A program made the position numbers and the translations under genes. The notes beneath the pieces were generated by a model. The model saw only the letters and a program-made list of their open reading frames with translations, did not search any database and was not told the DNA's origin. Shown here in pieces: positions 1 to 13,099 of a stretch of DNA of 64,000 nt. Source of the stretch: Octopus sinensis (Eukaryota); assembly GCF_006345805.1 (NCBI RefSeq), contig NC_042998.1, positions 51,832,001-51,896,000 on the forward strand, given 5' to 3'. Positions within the stretch are counted from its first letter, which is position 1; every line of letters starts with the position of its first letter.

Positions 1-202
1 TAACCTTTTCCCACTAAAATTCCTGGCCTTGTGCCAAAATGTGAAGCAAAATTATATTTTGCTTAATTAGAATTATTTAAACTTACATGATATCCTTTCA
101 TTGGATAAACAGGCTTTCAGAAAAATTTCTCAGGCAGACCTTTCTGTCTCTATTTTTTTTTTCAAGAGACCGTTTGAGTTACATTCCCATTTTCCATTCA
201 TT

Positions 203-535
203 TACTCTTTTACTTGTTTCGGTCATGTGACTGTGGCCATGCTGGAGCACCGTCTTTAGTCGAGCAAATCGACCCCAGGACTTATTCTTTGTAAGCCTAG
301 TACTTATTCTATCGGCCTCTTCTGCTGAACTGCTAAGTTACGGGGCTGTAAACACACCAGCATCGGTTGTCAAGTGAGCTTCTTTCAGCTTCTGTCTACC
401 AACCAAATCCACTCACAAGGCTTTGGTCGGCCCAAGGCTATAGTAGAAGACACTTGCCCAAGGTGCCATGCAGTGGGACTAAACCTGGAACCATGTGGTT
501 CATAAGCAAGCTACTTACCACACAGCCACTCCTAC
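203..535 (-). mobile_element. tRNA-derived SINE (Octopus OK/OR-type), internally deleted
   Basis: Reverse complement starts with the GGAGTGGCTGTGTGGTAAGTAGCTTGC head and ends in an (AGTAAA)n-like tail; same family recurs at 18457, 19531, 61896. Confidence 0.8.
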
Positions 536-1389
536 ACCCATTACTGAATGTTGGAATATAAAACATTCAACCGTCTGAATATTCTTATATCAACCACCAG
601 AAACTAACTTTATTAGTCATATTGTTTTCATTTCATTCATGCATGTGTGCACACACACACACACACACACACATACATACATGCATACACATACAGTCAC
701 ATTACATGCGTATACACATGTTTATGTGCCCTTAATTTTGAATTCTCATAAACCCATATACATGTTCATACTTACATACATATACACACACACAAATGTG
801 CACACACACACACGCTCACACACTTAAATGTGTGCATGCACATACTCACTCACACACACAATCACACACACATATACACACGAACATTACATACTCCTAC
901 AGAAGCTCACATACATATAAGCACATGTGTGGACACTCATATACATATTCACTTACACAAACAGGAACACATACAGATACATACATGTACATACATACAC
1001 ACACTCAAACACAAGTATTTTGACATTCACATAGACACACACATAAACCACCCCACATGTTCACGCATTTATACATCTGCACACATACACACATGCATTC
1101 ACTTACATGCATGCAAAAATGCGTGTACATAAAGTTTTCAGATTTGTTTTGGGGTAAAAGCATCATTCTTGACATTGGGAAATATGATATTTTATTTATT
1201 CAAAGTCGGTAGAACTGACTGTTCCTTGGGAAGTGAACTTCAGAGATGCTTTCCTCAAGGGGGAGAGAAAATACAGGGAATTGGTTGAACTCTGTGAAAA
1301 AAAGAATGGATGGGAAGCAATATGCCTTTTTTAAAAGGATTTGTTGGAACCAGGGTTCACTTAATGTTTAGGAGTCTTGGATTAAAAAA

Positions 1390-2204
1390 ATGTTGCCAGA
1401 AAATTGTCAGAAGCTGCTAAAAAAAGCAAGCCATTATATATGGTTCAAGAGAGAGGACAAGTGATGCAACAAGAATAAGAAATGAGGATGGTAGAAACAT
1501 CTGGCCCACAGTCATGCTATGCTGGAAGGGGCTGAAATACCCATAGAGTTGCTTTTCCACTATGTTGCCAGAAAATTGTCAGGGGCTTCTAAAAAAAGCA
1601 AGCCATTACATCTTGTTGAAGAGAAAGAGAGGATAAGTGGTGCAGTGAGAACAAGCACTGAGGATGGTAGAAACATCTGGCCTACTGTCATGATGCTGTG
1701 CAGGAGTTTAAGCTGCTAAAAAAAGCAAGCCATTATATATGGTTCAAAGGGAGGACAAGTGATGCAACAAGAATAAGCAATGAGGATGGTAGAAGCATCT
1801 GGCCCACAGTCATGCTGTTGTGTCAGAGTTTTGTTGTCTACATCAGTGAGTGCCTCTGAACGGCTCTAATGTTTTGCTGGAAGGGGCTGAAACACCTATA
1901 GAGTTGCTTTTTCACTGTATTGCCAGAAAATTGTCCGGGGTTTCTAAAAAAAAGGAAGCCATTACATCTTGTTCAAGAGAAAGAGAGGATAAGTGGTGCA
2001 GTAAGAACAAACACTGAGGATGGTAGAAACATCTGGCCTACTGTCATGATGTTGTGTGGGAGTTTTGTCACCTATATCATTAAGTGGCTCTGAGCAGCTC
2101 AAGTGTCATGATAGAGGGGACAAAACACCTATAGAGCTGCTTTGTCATGATGTTACCAGAAAATTGTCAGGGGTTTCTAAAAAAGCAAGCCATTACATCT
2201 AACT

Positions 2205-2288
<84 letters not shown>

Positions 2289-2660
2289 AGTAGTGCAGTG
2301 ATAATGAGCATTGAAGATGGTAGAAACATTTGGCCCACAGTCATGCTGTGGGAGTTTTGTTACCTACATCAGTAAGCAGCTCTGGGCATCTATGATGTCA
2401 TGGTGGAAGAGGCTGAAACACCTACAGAGCTGCTTTGCCACGTTGCCAGAAAATTGCCCAAAGCTTTTAAGAAAGCAAGCCATTACATTTAGCTCAAGAG
2501 AGAGAGGACAAGTGGTGCAGTGAGAATGAGCACTGAGGGTGGTAGAAACAGCTGACCTACGGTGTGTGATTTTTGTTGTTTACTTCAGTGGGTGGGGCTG
2601 GGCATCTATGACATTGTGGTGGAAGGAGCTGAAACACCTGCAGAGCTGCTTTGACACCTG
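1390..2660. repeat. Degenerate tandem array, 6 units of about 130-290 bp, with an internal (GA)n expansion
   Basis: Anchor AAGCAAGCCATTA recurs at about 1425, 1597, 1724, 1953, 2184, 2474; CCAGAAAATTG at 1396, 1568, 1923, 2156, 2446; (GA)n at about 2206-2283. Confidence 0.85.
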
Positions 2661-3178
2661 ATAATATATCAGCTCCTGCATTTAGAGATGGAGTACATCA
2701 GCATGCTCAATACACAAGTGTTTACCTTAAAAAATGTTCTGTCTGTAGCTCATGTCAGTGACTTGTAAAGAAGTCTACCCTCTGTTGTACCAAGAATGAA
2801 TAGGTCATACACAAGGATGGTCATGGCTGGAATGATCACAACTTTGCTGATGAAAGCCACTCTTGTTAAACAACAATAATAACTATAAATGTATGGAGTC
2901 AGTGAGGGTGCTTGTATATGGTTGATTGATCTGCTAGAAATAAGAAATAAATTTGCTTCAAATTTCCCATATCAGCTTAGAAAAAGTCGGGATTGGGTAT
3001 GTTGGGTAAAAAGATAGGATAGTCATGCTGAAATGCCTTTGCTTATAAACAGGAATTGCTTTTTCTAAGACTTACCTAGGGTTAAGAAATAGCAACAAGT
3101 ATGACTAATCTAAGCCAATGAATTGTGTCCATATGTGGTTGGAAGACATATACATACACACACACATACATACATACA

Positions 3179-3212
<34 letters not shown>

Positions 3213-3250
3213 AATACATATATACATACATACATATGTATGTACATATA

Positions 3251-3282
<32 letters not shown>

Positions 3283-3680
3283 AACTTACACAGATGCATG
3301 CACACGCACACACTCATACATACGATGGAAATAACAAAGCAATTTTACTCAAATAATACTCTTCCATCTTAAAAAATGGATCAACTGACATATTAGCAAA
3401 AAAAGATGGGATGGTCATAGCTGGAATGTCTTTGATTATAGTTCTGTTCAGCTATGAATGATTTGAGGCTAGCAGCAGCAGCAACAGTAGCAGCAGCAAC
3501 TGTAGCAGCTGCAAGCATGAACAGGTAGAATAAACAGCATTCATCAAACGTTATTATCTCATGTATAAAGGTCACAGCTGGTTGAATTAATAGAAAGTTG
3601 AATTCTGTGTTGAATAGTTCTACAGTTCATATAACATTACTGTGGATTTCACCTTGTCTGTCCATAGCTAAGACAATTCT

Positions 3681-4520
3681 TTATTGCTCCTTCCTTCCTT
3701 CTGCTTTTAACCCTCCAACGCGGATATATAGGCCACTTATAATTGAATTCCATGTCACATAACTTTTCGCTTCTGTACTTATACTCTGCCATGAATGCCC
3801 CCCTTTCTCTAGTTCCTTTTGTGTTGATCTATTCCACGAGTTCTTAGGTCTACCTTTCTTTCTATATATTTCTTTATTGCCCACAAGGGGCTAAACACAG
3901 AGGGGACAAACAAGGACAGACACACGGATTAAGTCGATTACATCGACCCCAGTGCATAACCGGTACTTATTTAATCAACCCCGAAAGGATGAAAGGCAAA
4001 GTTGACCTCGGCGGAATTTGAACTCAGAACGTAACGGCAGACGAAATATGGCTACGCATTTCACCCGGCATGCTAACGTTTCTGCCAGCTCGCTGCCTTT
4101 CTATATCTATTCTTTCTATATCCATCTGGATTCCACTGTAAAGCACTTTTCATTACATTTGGTGTGTCTTTTCTTATTGTGCTACCAATCCACTTCCACA
4201 TTTTCTTTGCTCCCTAATCGAAACTTGATTTGTTCTTTGCCATAGCTCCATATTGCTTATGTGTTCGGGCCATCTAATTTTAAATATACTACGCAAGCAT
4301 CTGTTGATGAATGATTGTATTGGCTTATTTGACTTATTTGAACTGTTGTTCGCCATGTCTCAGCCCCATACAATAACACCACTTTTACGTTAGTGTTAAA
4401 AATTCTTATCTTGTTCCTTATTGAAATTATACTTGCTCTCCACACTTTTTTTAACAGGTGAAAAGCGGTCCTTGCCTTACTTATTCTTGTCTTAATATCT
4501 TCGTTGGTATTATGGCCCAG
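3681..4520 (-). mobile_element. RTE-clade LINE, degenerate RT C-terminal fragment split by a SINE
   Basis: Peptides EDIKTRISKARTAFHLLKKVW, VLLYGAETW, FINRCLRSIFKIRWPEHISN and RKKGRPKNSW are typical of the RTE RT thumb and C-terminus. Confidence 0.85.
3866..4097 (-). mobile_element. Full-length tRNA-derived SINE inserted in the RTE fragment
   Basis: Minus strand has A-box-like TGGCAGAAACGTTAG, B-box GAGTTCAAATTCC and tail GGGCAATAAAGAAATA; flanked by duplicated TTTCTATA. Confidence 0.9.
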
Positions 4521-5094
4521 GCAACTCAAATAAACAAAACTGAGTTGAGGAAACAAGCAAATGCTTGTCAAATAGATTGTATCAGCTCGTGGGTGGTAGA
4601 CTTAAATCTGCTGTCTGGGTTAACATCGTTGCCTGGTCTTTGCATGTTGCCAGTGCAGTCCACTAAGCTACAGGCAATAGGATGAAATCTGTATCATGAA
4701 ACATGGCTTCCTATGGCATGAGGGATGGCAGAACTGGTAGAGTGTTGGATAGAATACTTTGCAGTAGATGTGGTGACTCTCTATGCTAGAAGTTCAAATT
4801 CTGCTGAGGTCAATTTTGTGTTTTATCCCTTTAAGCATTCAAATTATTCTGTCAAATGTAAAGCTTATTTATTCACATTTCTTTGAATTAATCATGCCTT
4901 ATCTTGTAGCTTAGAGATTTCGATAAGGTAACAATTAATTTTTAGAATGATTTTGTAGGGTTGGTGTGAGAGGCCAGATCTGGCCAGTTTGAACATAAAA
5001 CAGGTGGAATAATTGGGCCAGATATGGTTAGTTTAAATACTAAAGAGTTATTCTTTTGGTATCGATAAATAAAGTACCATTTCAATATTGGACT

Positions 5095-5715
5095 TGACTT
5101 TCTTACCTTTATTCTTCCTCTCTCCTCTCTTTCTCTCTCTCTTCCCTCTCTCTCTCCCCTCTTTCTCTCCTCTCCTTCTCTCTCATTCCCTTTTCTCTCT
5201 TCTCTTTGTCTCTCTCTCTCTTCTCTCTTTGTCTTTCTTTCCTCTTTTTGTTTCCCTCTCTCTTTCTCACTTTCTATCTCTCCTTTCTTTCTTTCTCTCT
5301 TCTCCCTTTCTCCCTCTTCTCTTTTTCTCTCTCACCTCTCTTTTCCCTCTCCTCTCTCTCTACTCTCTTTCTGTCTTTCTTTCTTTCTTTCTTTCCTCCC
5401 TCTCACTATCTTGCTCCTTCCTCTCTCTCTCTCTCTCTCCTCTCTCTCACCTTTCTTTCTCTCTCCTCTCTTTCTGTCTTCTTTCTTTCTTTCTTTCCTC
5501 CCTCTCACTATCTTGCTCCTTCCTCTCTCTCTCTCTCTCCTCTCTCTCACCTTTCTTTCTCTCTCCTCTCTTTCTGTCTTTCTCTATCTCTCCCCTCTCT
5601 CTCCTTTCTCTGTCTCTGTCTCTGCCTCTCTGTGTCTGTGTGTGTGTCTCTCAGTCTCCACTCCTTACACCTCTCTGTCTCCACTCTTTCTCTCACTCTC
5701 ATCTCTTTTTCTCTC
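5095..5715 (+). repeat. About 620-bp polypyrimidine (CT/CTTT) tract with an internal ~102-bp tandem duplication
   Basis: Almost purine-free; TCTCACTATCTTGCTCCTTCC occurs at 5401 and 5503. Confidence 0.9.
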
Positions 5716-6909
5716 GGTCATTCTTTCCAGAAACAATTGGCTATGTTCACATTTGGAGAGAAATAGGCTTTGCCAAACTTAGAATGTTCACATCATGCCA
5801 TACGTCACACTGGTGCCCTTACAAGTCCATCAGATGTTGTGAGCTCAAGAAAAGAAGGGAAGAATATAGAGTTATGAGTATTTTCCTCTTAGTCCTTCCA
5901 ACAAGTCTTAGAAACCCTGGAAAATAGGTCATACAAATCTCCCTCCTCTCCAATTCTGACTAAACTAACAAAAAAATAACCAAAAAGAATTATAAGTGCC
6001 ATGAAATATTTAGAGTGAGAGCAGTTTGCCTTTACAATGAATAAGTATTTTATTACCTTATAGTGCTTAGGTCAACTCCATCATTTGACATGGATTATGT
6101 AACGACATGAGCCATTACTGTCAGAGATGAAATTGCTTGTTCAGGAATTTGATCAGATATAATATGTTGAAACTGCAATTATTACATTGTGTGGTAGAAT
6201 CAAGACATTATGGTTAGGTTTTAGCCCTCTACTGGTATGATGTAGCTCTCTTTGTGTCAAAGCTGGGTGGTCAGTATCTAAACTGCTCTATCCCTCTATG
6301 CAATTTACTGGGCAAAGAAAATGTAAAGAAATGTATATTTAATTGAGCAGGCTTAACCATTTAGAATTTGGATTATTCTGTCAAATGTAATGCTTATTAT
6401 TCGCTTTGCTTTTGAATTAATCATGCAATATGTCATAGCTTCAAGATTTCCATGATGTGATTGTTTATTTTCAAAATGACATTGTAGGGTGGGTATGAGA
6501 GGCTGGATCTGGTTGGTTTAAATATAAAACAAGTAGAATGTTTAGATTGGATATGGCCGTTTTAAATGTTAAAGGGTTTAAACATAAAAACCTATCAATG
6601 AGTAGAAGAGGGTTTCTCAGAGAAGCCATAGGTTTATCTGCTTATTGCAACACACATAACCAGAGTACCTACAGTCTCTATAGAATAATAAATGCGCCCT
6701 TTTTAAAGCCTAGCCAGGCTCATGGGCCTGGTTTCCCGGTTTCTATGGCGAATGTGCTCCCCAGCTTGACGGGACACCAGTCCATCGCAGCGTTATGCAT
6801 TTTTATCAGCTGAGTGAACTGGAGCAACGTGAAATGAAGTATTTTGCTCAAGAACACAACGCGTCGCCCAGTCCAGGTATTGAAACCTCAATCTTAAACC
6901 CTTTAACAT

Positions 6910-7400
6910 ATAAAATGGCCTCCCCCACCTCCCAACAACATCACACCACACCACACTACACCATACAACACTACACATCATATTACAACAAAGCACCCAC
7001 ACACCAGCACCGACCAATTCCCATCCCCACATTTTGACACCTACACATACACACACATCAAGACCACCAGCCCTCTTTCACACGCACATAGTACTCTCTT
7101 ATACACACACGTGCCTTCGTTGTGTGTGTGGGGGGTCATCTTTACTTTGTTATCTCCCCTACTTCTTCGCTCTCCTGTGTGATCCTTCTGTCCGGCAGTC
7201 GCCATGATAGATTGGTAGCCACTACACACATTTTTTCTCTCCTTGTTTCTCTCTTTGTTTTTTTCTGTGTCCCTTTCTGTAGAAGAGCGTAAGCTTGAAA
7301 CGTAAAAGACTTTTTCAATTCCTGAGCATTATACTAATACATCTGTTTGTTTTCTACACCACTTGTCTTCGTCTTTTGTTTTTTCGTGAACTCTCCCCCT
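6910..7400 (+). mobile_element. Probable 3' end (pseudo-LTR) of a Penelope-like element
   Basis: C/A-rich stretch, pyrimidine tract and a hammerhead-like motif at 7273-7308, ending at (TA)n; no ORF survives, so the assignment rests on the motif. Confidence 0.45.
7273..7308 (+). ncRNA. Variant minimal type I hammerhead ribozyme motif
   Basis: CTTT-CTGTAGA-A-GAGC-GTAA-GCTT-GAAA-CGT-A-AAAG: helix I CTTT/AAAG, helix II GAGC/GCTT, palindromic ACGT helix III, GUA site. Deviations: A6->U and an extra A. Confidence 0.4.
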
Positions 7401-7626
7401 ATATATATATATATATACGAGCAAATGAAAGATAGAAGATGGAATATAGGAGAATTTATTAATCATGACAATTGTTTTGACACATCAAGCATTGATCTCT
7501 CATTGGGTGGGACACTCAACAACTGGTTCAGGAGCATCCAGTGGTGCAGATGTAACACATTGGGTGATACATAGACACAACTGTGCTTTACCAGTAAGCT
7601 ATCAGATGTAAACCATTCATTTTATT

Positions 7627-7672
<46 letters not shown>

Positions 7673-7987
7673 TACACATACACATGCATGCACACACATA
7701 CATGCACACACATATATATTTAATATCATCTGGGTAATACATTCATAACATGCATTTCAAAGCTCCTATAAATTAACTGGTTATCGTTTGCCCTCATACA
7801 ACATGATTACACCTTTCATTGGATATACATGTGGAACTCTGTTAGTGCATACAGAATTCATATAAAAGAAGATGGAACGAACAGGCTTTACTTACAAATT
7901 GCACCAATTGTTTCTGTGCAGTGGTAATGACTGTTAGTTGTAGAGTTTTCGATATCATGCTATTAAATAGATTACTTTATAAATAAT

Positions 7988-8146
7988 TACATAAATAAAT
8001 ATGATCCAACAACAGCTCTGTACTGGTATGTCATCAGGTAGGTGCAGCTGCTGGTATAAAGCCATGTTCCCTTTCCTAATACCTGATCACCAGCACCTGA
8101 TGATGTGCCAATATACAAATGTTACTGGATCATATTTATTTATGCA
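7988..8146. repeat. Imperfect hairpin / MITE-like inverted repeat
   Basis: Perfect 18-bp stem CATAAATAAATATGATCC (7990-8007) / GGATCATATTTATTTATG (8127-8144), with further pairing inward (TCATCAGGT/ACCTGATGA). Confidence 0.75.
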
Positions 8147-8558
8147 GTCATAGTTAGATATAGTAAATCCGGAAACAATTGTTGAGATTTATAATTAAAG
8201 CTTGTGTATTCCATCTTCTTGTTTCATCAATTACATATATATATATAATCTGCTTTTGTTTGCTTTTTGTAAAATTTTTGATGTAGCATGAACATGTCAT
8301 GTTTTACTGAGTTCCTTTGACATATGTAGAATTTTTCTATATTTTATAAATATTGTCTTCATAAATGCTAGCTTCAACACAAAATTAGTGTCAACTTTAA
8401 AAATTTTTGCCCATGACAGTTTACAGCTGTGTGTGTTTATATTTCATATGCAATATGTTGTACTTGTTTGTATACATACGTACATACATACATACATACA
8501 TACACATACACACACATACATACACACACACTCATACACATATACACATGTGTGTGTA

Positions 8559-8593
<35 letters not shown>

Positions 8594-9469
8594 ATTTATA
8601 TATATATGTATATGTGTGTGTGTGTATATATATATACATACACACACACACGCATACACATATATGTATGTATGTGTATTTATTTATTTTTTTACACTTA
8701 AACTTACGAGTTTAGTTTGATGGTATTTCACTGGAATCTGCTAACCATTTCAAAACCTGCTGCAATGTGGGAGGGAAGAATAAAAAGAAAACATCATCAT
8801 CATCATCATCATCATCATTATCATTGTCATTATTGTTGTCATCTTTGTCCACATTGTCATAGTAAACAACTTTGGCAGCATCGCCCCCTCCACTTCATCC
8901 TCCACCTCCTCCTGCTTATTACTATTTAAAAAAAAAAGCCTTTTCATATGCTTTAAAGGATTCTGTCATCTTATGGAAACTATATAAACACGAGAAGAAA
9001 ATACCTTATATGGTAATAAATACTTGAATTTTAGAATACTTGTGAAGGTGCTTGGTCTAGCTGTTAAGATGTTGTCTTCGTGATCATAAGGTCATGGTTT
9101 CAGTTCTCAGACTGAGTGGTGCCCTGTGTTCTTGAGCAAAGCACTTCATTTCATGTTGCCCCAGTCCACTCAACTGTAAACAATCTCCAGCAATAGTTGG
9201 AAAGCTAACCTTGTGATGGACTGGCATCCTATTCAGGAGCAGGGAAAGGCAATCTCAACCACACTGTGGAAACTGGGTCAAGCTTTGGCCTTATAAGCCC
9301 TGAGGCTCACGACAGCCTTAAGTTTAAGTCTAAGTGGTAGCTAACATTGACTGGATGTTATTTAGAACAAAGTCTGTAGAATTTGGAGTAAATACTTTTA
9401 TACCTGCTTTAGAAGAGGATAATTGAACATCAATCTGTCTGTCTGTATGTATGTATGTGTGTGGGTAAG

Positions 9470-9903
9470 TAAGTAGGCCCCGGCCTGGAGCTGGAGCATT
9501 GCCTACGGGAGGCATACAGCCTGGTGGGGAGGAAGGATAAAGAGGCTTTAGTGCCTAAATGTTTATTGTATGTTATTGCTTGTAAGAGGCTCAGCGCCTC
9601 AATTTGTAATGGACTATTAAGTCCAGTAATTGTAAGAACCGAGGTAAGAGGTTTAATACCTCGTTTTGTTTTCTGAAGAACAATGTTTTAGAGAAGCAAA
9701 TGGTCGGTGGGCGTCTTTTGCTCCTCTCATTAATATTCATAATTTCGTTTATCATTTCATCGCATTAATGTAATGTTCAGCCCATAGCTACATCTGTGCA
9801 ATGCCCTTGTGGCAAATTATATGAATAAAAGTAAGGGTGTGTGTGTATGCCTGTATGTGTCTGTGTATGTATGTGTGTGTATGTGTGTATATATGTATAT
9901 ACA

Positions 9904-9946
<43 letters not shown>

Positions 9947-10260
9947 GCAACAGAAAAGAGGAATTTCGATTATCCCCACGTGGTGAGTTGTAATGTTCAG
10001 CTTTCGGTAATGGGAGGGGAATATATACGTATAAAGACATGTTTTGAAAACCTTGTTTAGTGAGGGGATTTATGTAGTAATGAAATATGTGCAAAGAAAA
10101 AAGTTGGTTATGCATGCATATTAAGACGTGTTCTGTATTTTTCAATGAAAAACATTTCTTTATTTAAACGTTCTAGTGGAGAGATTGCGTCTTTGCATTG
10201 GTAGAAGGGAAAGACTGTGAAATTCGGTTTGATGTTACCTGCATCAAAAATGTGCACTTT
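9470..10260. promoter_or_regulatory. Locally CpG-retaining segment, candidate promoter / first-exon region
   Basis: Hand count of about 17 CpG in 9481-10260 versus about 7 in the preceding kb and about 4 in the following 740 bp; non-repetitive except one microsatellite; strong donor GAG|GTAAGA after 9643; CACGTG at 9977. Confidence 0.3.
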
Positions 10261-10350
10261 AGCTTGTGTTGCTCAGTGATTATTTCAACACCTGACATGT
10301 GGTACCCTGTGCACCTGTTCAGGCAATGTCATTTTGATGGGTGGAGTGAG
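10177..10350 (+). other. Candidate spliced exon of an unidentified (possibly non-coding) transcript
   Basis: Acceptor TTTCTTTATTTAAACGTTCTAG|, donor GAG|GTAATG, 174 nt, open in phase 0 (WRDCVFALVEGKDC...DGWSE); peptide not recognised. Confidence 0.3.
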
Positions 10351-10453
10351 GTAATGTACACCACATACATTTGATCACTATAAACAATAATTTGTGCAGT
10401 TGTTTGGCAAAAGCTGAACACTCGTATGTCACCTTCGAAGTGAGTGTTCATCC

Positions 10454-10697
<244 letters not shown>

Positions 10698-10701
10698 CAT
10701 A

Positions 10702-10924
10702 CAGTAATCCCATGACTATCACAGGTGTTATGTTCCAAAACCTCCCATGATTAGTGAAAATCTGTGAAGTAGAGACAGTACTCTACTGTATATTTTTTTT
10801 TATTATGTTCATAATTTGTATATATTTATTTTATTATAAATGCAAAACAACACCACAGAGGAATTGACGCAAGCTTAAATAATAAACCAGGATTGGTGAA
10901 CCGTGATATGGTGAGGGATTACTG
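10702..10924. mobile_element. Tigger/pogo-like MITE
   Basis: TIRs CAGTAATCCC...GGGATTACTG with TA on the left flank. Confidence 0.75.
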
Positions 10925-10989
10925 TGTATATTTATGCATATGAGGTACAATAAACACTGAAAAGTGAGCAGAAAATAGACTCCATCAAC

Positions 10990-11305
10990 TGCCAAGTGGG
11001 CAAGCTAGAGGTAGTAGATAGCTTCCGTAATCTAGGTGACCAAAGTAGTAGCGGAGGTGGATGCTCTGAGAGTGTAGCTGTCAGAATAAAAGTAGGCTGG
11101 GCAAAGTTCAGTGAGTTCCTACCTCTGCTGGCAACAAAGGAAGGGCCTGTCCCTCAGCGTGGAAGGCAGATTGTATGATGCCTGTGTGCGAACAGCTGTG
11201 CTACATGGCAGTGAAACATGGGCTGTGATAGCTAAGAACATGCACAGGCTTGAAAGAAATGAAGCCAGTATGCTTTGCTGAATGTGCAATGTCAGTGTGC
11301 ATGTT
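10990..11305 (+). mobile_element. RTE LINE RT C-terminal fragment (same family as 39.4 kb copy)
   Basis: KLEVVDSFRNLGDQ...RIKVGWAKFSEFLPLLATK matches the corresponding part of the 39.4-kb ORF. Confidence 0.85.
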
Positions 11306-12272
11306 CGATGGTGTATACATATTAGTTGAATGAATCAGCTCCAGTACTCTTTCATTTGTTTTAAACCTGGTACTTAATCTATTGTTCTCTTTTTGCCAAA
11401 CTGCTAAGTTACAGGGATGTAAACAAATGAGCATCAGTTGCCAAGCAGTAGTGGGAACAAACACATAAACACACACATAGACATATACATGAATATACAA
11501 CAGGCTTCTTATGTTTTCCATCTACCAAATTCACTCACTAGGTTTTGGTTGGTTTGAGGCTATAATTGAAGACACCTGTGAAAGCAAATGGCTTAGTGGT
11601 TAGAGCATTCAGCTCACAATTGTATGGTCATGAGTTCAATTCTTGGCAGTGTATTGTATCCTTGAGCAAGACACTTTATTTCACTTTGCTCCAGTTCACT
11701 CAGCTGGCAAAAATGAGTAGTACCTATATTACAAAGGTCAGCTTTGTATCACTCAGTGTTACACTGAGTCTCCCTGGGAATTACTTTAAGAGTTTGTGTC
11801 TGTGGAGTGCTCAGCCACTTGCACATTAATTTCACGAGCAGGCTGTTATATTGATCAGATCAACTGGAACCCTCATCAATGTAATCGATGGAATGCCAGA
11901 AGACTTGCTCAAGATACCACACATTAAGGCTGAACCTGAAAGTAAGTATGTGCTTGGAAAGTAACCTTCTAACCACACAGCCACAATTCCAGCTATTTGC
12001 TTATCCATGCCTGCACCTAACTTTTTATAGAGAATCTATGAAGTGAATTAAACCATTGACATTTAAACAAGCCATATCCAGCCCAAATATCCAACCTGTA
12101 TAAGTTCAAACTGGCTAGATTTGGCCTCTCATACATGTCCTACACTGTCATTTTAAAAATAATTACATCATTGAAATATCAAAGCTGCAAGATAATACAT
12201 GACTTATCTAAAAGAATGTGAATAAGTAAGCATTACATTTGACAGAATAATCTGAATCGTATAATGGTAAAG

Positions 12273-12575
12273 GTGGAGGCGCAATGGCCCAGTGTTTAGG
12301 GCAGCGGACTCGCAGTTGGAGAATCATGCTTTCGATTCCCAGACCGGGCGTTGTATGTGTTTATTGAGCAAAAACACCTAAAAGCTCCACAAAGCTCTGG
12401 TAGGGGGTGGTGGTGACCCCTGTTGTACTCTTTTGCCACAACTTTCTCTCACTCTCTGTTCCTGTTTCTTGAGTTATGCTGCGATGGACTGGCATCCCGT
12501 CCAGCTGGGGGGAACACATACGCCACAGAGACTGGGAAACTGGGCCCATGAGCCTGGCTAGGCTTGAAAAGGGCG
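12273..12575 (+). mobile_element. tRNA-derived SINE with V-domain-like central motif
   Basis: tRNA-like head GGCGCAATGGCCCAGTG...TTCGATTCCC; CTGCGATGGACTGGCATCCCGTCCAG resembles the V-SINE/DANA central domain. Related copies at 26435-26735 (+) and 44775-45075 (-). Confidence 0.75.
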
Positions 12576-12599
12576 GAGAAAAAGAAAGGAGTAAAGTAA

Positions 12600-13078
12600 T
12601 TAGCAGAACTCTGCTTTATACACAGCATATAACTCCTCATAACGTTTTTGAAATTTTTAGAAATTTTTTGTGAATTTGTGTTCTACATGCCGGAAATCAT
12701 ATGACTGCAAAAATAAAAATAAAAATTTTTGCGTGATTTAAGGAGTACTTAACTGTTATTTTTAGCATGGCTCACAACCACTCCATACCTTCCTTATTTG
12801 TTTGTTACTCTTGCGTATTGATGTTTTTCAATATCTCTCTCCCCATAAACCCATTTAATGGTCTATATGTGGGATTTAAGTCAAAAATTCAGACTGTCTG
12901 TATTTCAAACTGTGATTTAAAAAAAAATTGTTATTTAAAACAATAAAAATAAAAAAAATTTTTTGCATAGTTGTATGAATTCCTGTGTAGAATACAAATT
13001 CATAAAAATTTTCTAAAAATTTCAAAAAATGAAAATTTATATATGCCATATGTAAAGCAGAATTTCACTGAGTAAGTT
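12600..13078. mobile_element. MITE with ~110-bp imperfect terminal inverted repeats
   Basis: TCTGCTTT...TTTTTGAAATTTTTAGAAA...TTCTACA (left) mirrored by TGTAGAA...TTTCTAAAAATTTCAAAAAA...AAAGCAGA (right). Confidence 0.75.
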
Positions 13079-13099
13079 TCACTTCATAGTTGTCAGGAG

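Noticed and set aside
5730-5870. Exon-like sequence after the long pyrimidine tract
   Set aside because: No donor site, and it resembles 14610-14700, which indicates an old dispersed repeat.
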